A DNA stretch of 64,000 bases from Octopus vulgaris (Eukaryota). The notes beneath the pieces are model-generated. The model was not told the origin of the DNA. It ran no database searches and worked only from the letters and a program-made list of their open reading frames with translations. Made by a program: the position numbers and the translations under genes. The stretch covers positions 17,050,001 to 17,114,000 of the forward strand of contig OX597832.1 of assembly GCA_951406725.2 (NCBI GenBank), read 5' to 3'. How positions within the stretch are numbered: position 1 is the first letter of the stretch; each line of letters starts with the position of its first letter. Positions 57,083 to 64,000 of this stretch are shown one piece after another.

Positions 57083-57420
57083 CACACATACATGCATACA
57101 TACATACATGCATGCATAAATTACATACATACACACATACATACATGCATGCATAATTGCAAACATACATACATCCATACATATATACACACACACATAC
57201 AGGCATACATACATACATACATGCATAAATTACATACATGCATACATACATATATACATACATACATATATACATACATACATGCATACATACATACATG
57301 CATATATAAATTACATACATACACAAATACACACATACATACATACATACATACATACATACATACATACATACATACATACATACATACATACATACAT
57401 AAATTACATACATACATACA
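56640..57420. repeat. (CATA)n tract punctuated by recurring ATAAATTACATAC
   Basis: Motif recurs about 7 times between 56881 and 57410. Confidence 0.9.
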
Positions 57421-57966
57421 GACAGACAGACAAGCAGAGAGGCAGATTCGTTTTAAACACACCTATTAACCGTTACTTTTTTTTTCATTTTTACTTTTTA
57501 TATGGAAATGTTCCTCGACTTCCCTATTGCACAACTTTGTAATTTCTATACTACGAAATGTATCTTAAATTTCAATGTTTATATTATTCCACAACTTGTA
57601 AATTTATAATATTCTTTATTCTCTTTCCTTTATATATTTTTAAATTATCAGTTTGAAATACCGGAGATTACAATTTTTGCTAATATATTTCTTTTCCTTC
57701 TTTTCAAATTCCAAATAATTTTCCAATTTGGAAATGTAAAAATAACACTCATGCATATTTCCGTGTTTTTATGCAATGTAGTAAAATACTTCTCTATCAT
57801 TTTAACAAATTTCAATTTCAGACAGAAAACTACAAGAAAATCTTAAACATTCACACGCGCCTATATTCACAAACTCACACATTTATACATTCCTCATTCT
57901 TGGATTTGGTTTGCAAGATTCTTTATGTGAGTTCGTGTGTTGAAAAATATTCTGTTGTGTCTCGGT

Positions 57967-58111
57967 GAGTCATTTTCTTTTTGTGGCTTGTAATTTAGCA
58001 CACTCACCGGTAAAAATTCCACTAAAAATATAATAAAAATTAAAAAAGGAAATAAGTGGAAATTTTACCGGTGAATGCGTTAAATTATAAGGCACAAAAA
58101 GAAAATGACTC
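57967..58111. repeat. Inverted repeat with ~57-bp arms and 31-bp spacer
   Basis: GAGTCATTTTCTTTTTGTG...CACCGGTAAAA.TTCCACT and its reverse complement. Confidence 0.85.
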
Positions 58112-58140
58112 CCCCCCCCCCAGACACAACAGTATATATA

Positions 58141-58175
<35 letters not shown>

Positions 58176-58661
58176 GACGAAGAAAGCCGGTTGTATATTT
58201 ATAACTTTTGGCACGTTCTATCTGAATATTTTGAACACTAAAACTATTACGTAATCCTGATCTCCCCAAAACAGCTGTCGAGTAAAAAAATACATGCATT
58301 CTCCCATTTGTTTTCTGTATTTTCTATACTTTATGATAAAGTACTTTTATTTGACAATATATATAAATAATGATATGGTTGTAGACAAGTGCTTATCGCC
58401 TGGATATGTTTAATTTTTTTATTCATACATATACCCCTAAGTATATTTATACGTGTGTATATATATGTATTTATATTTACATACATCGAGCCTAGATCGT
58501 GTTTATCTGAATCTGTATCTCCTCATATCATCTCATCTGGAATATTTTATCGCAACCCCGTGGACTCAGCCCCGACAAAGTCTTCGGAGTTTAAGTTCGA
58601 ATCTTTCGAGCACTACAAAGTGTCCTCTATACTGAATTTCATTTCATCACACCTGCTGACA

Positions 58662-58707
<46 letters not shown>

Positions 58708-58760
58708 TGTCAGCAGGTGAGATCTACGTACATATATATACATGTATACATATATATATA

Positions 58761-59137
58761 TGACAGTCCCATGAAGGGAATCACAGCACTGCCTTTAAGC
58801 CCCAGGAAGCATCAACGCTTCCTGTCGGCCTTGACACATTTCCTGTGTCATTATGTTTACAAGAGGGAGATAAGCATCTCCAACTGGCAGGCCATTTCCT
58901 GTGTCCTTATATCTACTAGGGCGAGACGAGCATCTCCAACTAGCAGGCCATGCTACTCCAGACTGATGACAAGAAAAGACTCAGAAACTAGTCTCTGGTT
59001 GCAGACTTAGCTGCGTGGAGGTGCTTATCTCCCCTTTGTAAACATAAAGACACAGGAAATGTGTCAAGGCCGACAGGAAGAGTTGATGCTTCCTAGGTCT
59101 AAATAGCACTAGTGTGATTCCCTTCATTGGACTGTCA
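58761..59137. mobile_element. Foldback element with ~120-bp inverted arms and an HHR in the spacer
   Basis: Arms 58761-58882 / 59016-59137 (TGACAGTCC.ATGAAGGGAATCAC...CTTCCTGTCGGCCTTGACACATTTCCTGTGTC). Confidence 0.9.
58958..58998 (+). ncRNA. Type I hammerhead ribozyme (stem II decayed)
   Basis: CCAGA-CTGATGA-CAAGAAAAGACTCA-GAAA-CTAG-TC-TCTGG; perfect stem I, palindromic ACTAGT, GUC site. Confidence 0.82.
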
Positions 59138-59181
59138 CATTATGTTGACAGTATACAACTACTCTTCATATATATACATAT

Positions 59182-59232
<51 letters not shown>

Positions 59233-59318
59233 TATATATATATACACACACACACATACACACATATATATATATATATATGTATGTATATATACTTATA
59301 TACATAAACAAATATATG

Positions 59319-59350
<32 letters not shown>

Positions 59351-59358
59351 CATATATG

Positions 59359-59403
<45 letters not shown>

Positions 59404-59529
59404 CTGTGTGTGTACACATGCATAAATACAGGATTGAAACTCGGACATAGATACAACTTTATGTCTATACACATACGCATACGTAAATATAAACAGACGT
59501 AGATGCCTACATGCACAGACACACACACG

Positions 59530-59625
<96 letters not shown>

Positions 59626-59656
59626 AGTATGTATGTACGCACATATGTGAATATGC

Positions 59657-59705
<49 letters not shown>

Positions 59706-60169
59706 CATTCACATACGTGTGTCTTTACCTATGTGTATATGCGTGTGTCTATGCTTGCACGTGAGTATATAAACGTATATACATATATACAAATATTAAT
59801 CTAAACGGTGAACACCGAATGACTAAACCGCACTTTGCAAACGTATATACTTAAGTTAACTCTCTCTCACTCTCTCACATAATCTGTTCAAAATCATTCT
59901 TTTGAATAACCTGTTTCGGCGCCATTCTTGGCCATTGATCTGAAAATCTGCGAAAGCCTAGACATGTAAATGACTAGAGCAAAGCAATATGTCTGGCTTT
60001 AGATATTTTAACACAGTATACTTAATAGCATTTTTCCGCTTGTGTTGTCTAACTCTTATTTCTGGTAAGGTAATTTGGAAATGAAATATATGTAGTCGTA
60101 CAGAAATATGACTGGGCAATTAACTATTTATATATATATATATACATACATATATATATATATACACAC

Positions 60170-60273
<104 letters not shown>

Positions 60274-60274
60274 T

Positions 60275-60316
<42 letters not shown>

Positions 60317-60632
60317 CTATAACTATATATATATATATGCTTGTACTTATGTATATAGTTTATATATTATATATAATATATATTATACATATATGATATA
60401 TATATATATACATATATATGTATATATATTTGTATATATATATATATAATATATATGTATATATATATACATATATGTATATATATATACGTATATATGT
60501 ATATATATATACGTATATATGTATATATATACGTATATATGTATATATATATATATTGTATATGTATGTATACACATATACTTATATATTTTTTTATATA
60601 TGTATATTTATATATATTTATATACATATATG

Positions 60633-60671
<39 letters not shown>

Positions 60672-60681
60672 GTATGTACTG

Positions 60682-61075
60682 TTTTTACTCTTTTACTTGT
60701 TTCAGTCATTCGACTGTGCCCTTGCTGGAGCAATGCCTTTAATTGAAGTTATCAACCCCAGGTATTATTCTTTGTAAGCCTAGTACTTATTCTATCGGAT
60801 CTCTTCTGCCGAACCGCTATGTTATAGGACGTAAACACACCAGCATCGGTTGTCAAGTGATGTTGGGGGACAAACACAGACACACAGACATATACACACA
60901 CATATATACAAATATATATATATATATACGACGGGCTTCTTTCAGTTTCCGTCTACCAAATCCACTCACAGGGCTTTGGCCGGCCAGAGGGTATAGTAGA
61001 AGATATTTGCCCAAGGTGAAGCCAGAAACATGTGGTTTGTAAGCAAGCTACTTACCACACAGCCACTACTGCGCC
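60682..61075 (-). mobile_element. SINE family B
   Basis: Homology to the other copies. Confidence 0.9.
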
Positions 61076-61083
61076 TATATATA

Positions 61084-61115
<32 letters not shown>

Positions 61116-61807
61116 GAGAGAGAGAGGGGGGGAGAGAGATACATATATATATACATATATATATATGTTTATGTGTGCATATATAGATCTGAATATGTAT
61201 ATATGCACACACATATACATAGATACTGACACACACACACACATATATATATATAGTAGTGGTGATCAGTATGAGTGTATATATATGTGTAAGTTTGTAC
61301 ATGGGTGTAGAAATATTTGTATGCATATACATTAATATAGATATAAATATAGATAAAATTGTGAGAGTGTGTATATATGGGTGCATATATATATGTGTAT
61401 ATATGTATATATGCGTGTGAATATATATAATTGTGTATGTGTGTGTATGCGTGAGCGTATTCGTGTATTTTAGTTCTATCTTAATCGTACTGCGTCTAAT
61501 TACGGTTTTCTGTCGCGATTGAGTTAACCGCAGCAAGCAGAATATCTGAAGATAGTGTCCGTTATTCTGAGCTAAGTGCTTCAGGGTACAGGTGTCTCTG
61601 GAATACTCCACCATTTTGTACATTGATTGAATAAGTACAGCCTTTTATTTCCTAATCTTTCATATGGACAGACATTCTATGAAGACCTCAAAAGTGCCAT
61701 ACACCAGGCACATGCGCGCTCATACATTCATATATACACTTATATTTGAATGTATAGATATAAATATGGATAAAGATAAGTAGCATGTTTGCAGTATACA
61801 TTTTTGA

Positions 61808-61880
<73 letters not shown>

Positions 61881-61938
61881 AATATATGTATTTATGTGTG
61901 TATAGATATATATATGAGTATATATATACATATGTATG

Positions 61939-61972
<34 letters not shown>

Positions 61973-62034
61973 TAAATGTAGGTATATATATATGTGGGTG
62001 TATGTATATATATATACATGAATGTATATGTATT

Positions 62035-62092
<58 letters not shown>

Positions 62093-62329
62093 TGTATGTA
62101 GATATATATGTATGTTTCTATATATATATGTATGTATGTATATATGTATATGTATGAGTGTTGCATATACATTTACTCACACACACAAAAATAAACTTAT
62201 GCACACCCACACATTCATGTGTGTGTGTATATATGTGTGTGCGTGTTTGTGTGTGTGTGTGCATTTGTATGTCTGTTGTAGATAGATCTATGATAATATG
62301 ACAACCGTTGCGTGCTACCCACTGTGAAG

Positions 62330-62560
62330 CTGCAATACGTATGCACTTCGCTTTAATCTAATGAGACCCAAATTACGCCTCATCATTGAAATTTGACCTA
62401 CACACGCTAAACTGAATGCATTTCTGATGCACTTTCCGACACTTTGTACGATGAATAGTAAATACTTAGCGAAGCACGTTACTTCTGTGAAATTCTGTTT
62501 CAAATTGGGAAGGAAAGCTTCCAATGATAATTCTAAAATATACTCGAAATTTCATGTTAG
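62330..62560 (+). mobile_element. Mariner 5' remnant
   Basis: MNSKYLAKHVTSVKFCFKLGRKAS resembles the mariner N-terminal IKFCFKLGK motif. Confidence 0.55.
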
Positions 62561-63592
62561 TGGATAGTGATAGTATAATAAAAGTACGTACCATTATCCA
62601 CACAAATCTTTGATTAACTTTGCATGAGGCCTTCGATAAATTTGCCAGTTTTATAATTTTGTAAAATGTGATTAAGAACGGTAGAATTACTTCGTGTTTT
62701 CTCAAAATCTGGTAACCTTAGAAACAAAAGAAACCAAGTCACCATCAGTGAGGAAAATAGATCTATCTTTCCCAATACCGATGAAAATTTCCTGAAATAT
62801 CCTATTAAATAATGTAATATGGGTGAATGGCTTCAAGGCAGATACAAAAATGGCGATTGTGAGAGGAGATTGTCTTACCGTTAACGTTACCTAGTAGGAA
62901 AATGGTGCCCATCACTATCGCTCAGTTGTGATGTTTATGTTGACTGTTATATCATTAGATATTTATTTGAATTTTCAGGCTATTTTCTTTTACCACGCCT
63001 GGTGATGTGTAAAGAATTGTACATGAATGTCCCCGAATTTGGCCTCACTGGAATATATTTCCTTTCCCAAAGTTTAAATCCTCAATCGAACTTTGTCAAT
63101 GCTGTATTGTTGACGGAATCAAAAAGAAACATAATTCTTGAATAACTATACGTAGCACTAGAAAGGGCGTTTTAAGACGATTTCTGAAACTGACAAAGAG
63201 TCTGGCACCTGTGTATCATGACTGAAATATTTTGAAGGAAATTACGTCCAATTAATTTTGTTTATTTATTTATAACTTGAACACTACACTGAGTCCATTT
63301 CTCAAGCAGGGCAAGCGCTCTGACACTACTGTCTGCTATGGGAGAATCCTGAAAACCCCCACGTGACTGAATGTGGACAAACCGATAACTATAAATAAGA
63401 ACTGAAGTTTAGTTCGTATGTAACCGTAGTTCGATGTGTGTCGATTAATACAATGGGTATTTGAGCAGTAAATACTGAGTACCATACAAACGTTCGAATG
63501 ATAAGGAGTCTGTGTAACCATATATTTCTGCGGTAGGTTACACAACAAACTACTTAATTGTGTAATACCACTTTACACCAAACGTGTATACC

Positions 63593-63826
63593 TATTTTTT
63601 TACTACCCACAAGGGGCTAAACACAAAGGGGACAAACAAAGACAGACAAACGGATTAAGTCGATTATATCGACCCCAGTGCGTAACTGGTACTTATTTAA
63701 TTGAGCCCCGAAAGGATGAAAGGCAAAATCGACTTCGGCTGAATTTGAACTCAGAACGTAACGTCAGGTGAAATACGGCTAAGCATTTCGCCCGGCGTGC
63801 TAACGTTTCTGCCAACTCACCGATTT
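63593..63826 (-). mobile_element. SINE family A with 15-bp flanking direct repeat
   Basis: CCAAACGTGTATACC at 63578-63592 and 63827-63841. Confidence 0.92.
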
Positions 63827-64000
63827 CCAAACGTGTATACCGACGTTATAACACCACCTATAGCATTCTAATGTTAATAGAAATAACTGCTAAGAATGCT
63901 ATTATTATTATTATTATTATTATTCATTTTGTTCACCACGTACAAGCGCGTGTGTATACATCATTTTCTTTAATGTTAGAAAAATTGAAGCATGTCTTCG

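Noticed and set aside
59900-59945. HHR-like CAGATCAATGGCCA..TGGCGCC-GAAA-CAGG-TT on the minus strand
   Set aside because: Too many core and stem mismatches to call.
62978-63144. Possible phase-1-compatible downstream exon (GYFLLPRLVMCKELY...)
   Set aside because: The acceptor is plausible, but there is no convincing donor or homology; it may be a chance open frame.

Overview
AT-rich, microsatellite-saturated animal genomic DNA. The repeat complement looks like Octopus/cephalopod, which is an inference from the repeats alone. Most of the window is intronic or intergenic: (TA)n, (TAGA)n, (TATG)n, (CAT)n, (TTA)n and (TCT)n tracts; many copies of about 4 tRNA-derived SINE families; and decayed mariner, pogo, Tx1, R4/Dong, RTE and Penelope-like (PLE) fragments. 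One convincing host exon candidate carries a start codon and signal peptide (40345-40459, +). Nearly all ORF-track entries are simple-repeat artefacts. The main discovery is about 13 type I hammerhead-ribozyme (HHR) motifs, intact to degenerate, from many unrelated short non-coding elements. They lie in the spacers of long inverted repeats, in a ~476-bp direct-repeat unit, behind a tRNA-like Pol III head, or downstream of PLE GIY-YIG remnants, and are usually bordered by (TA)n tracts. This suggests a diverse population of ribozyme-carrying, non-autonomous PLE-dependent (retrozyme-like) elements. All calls were read by eye; no folding, alignment or database search was run.
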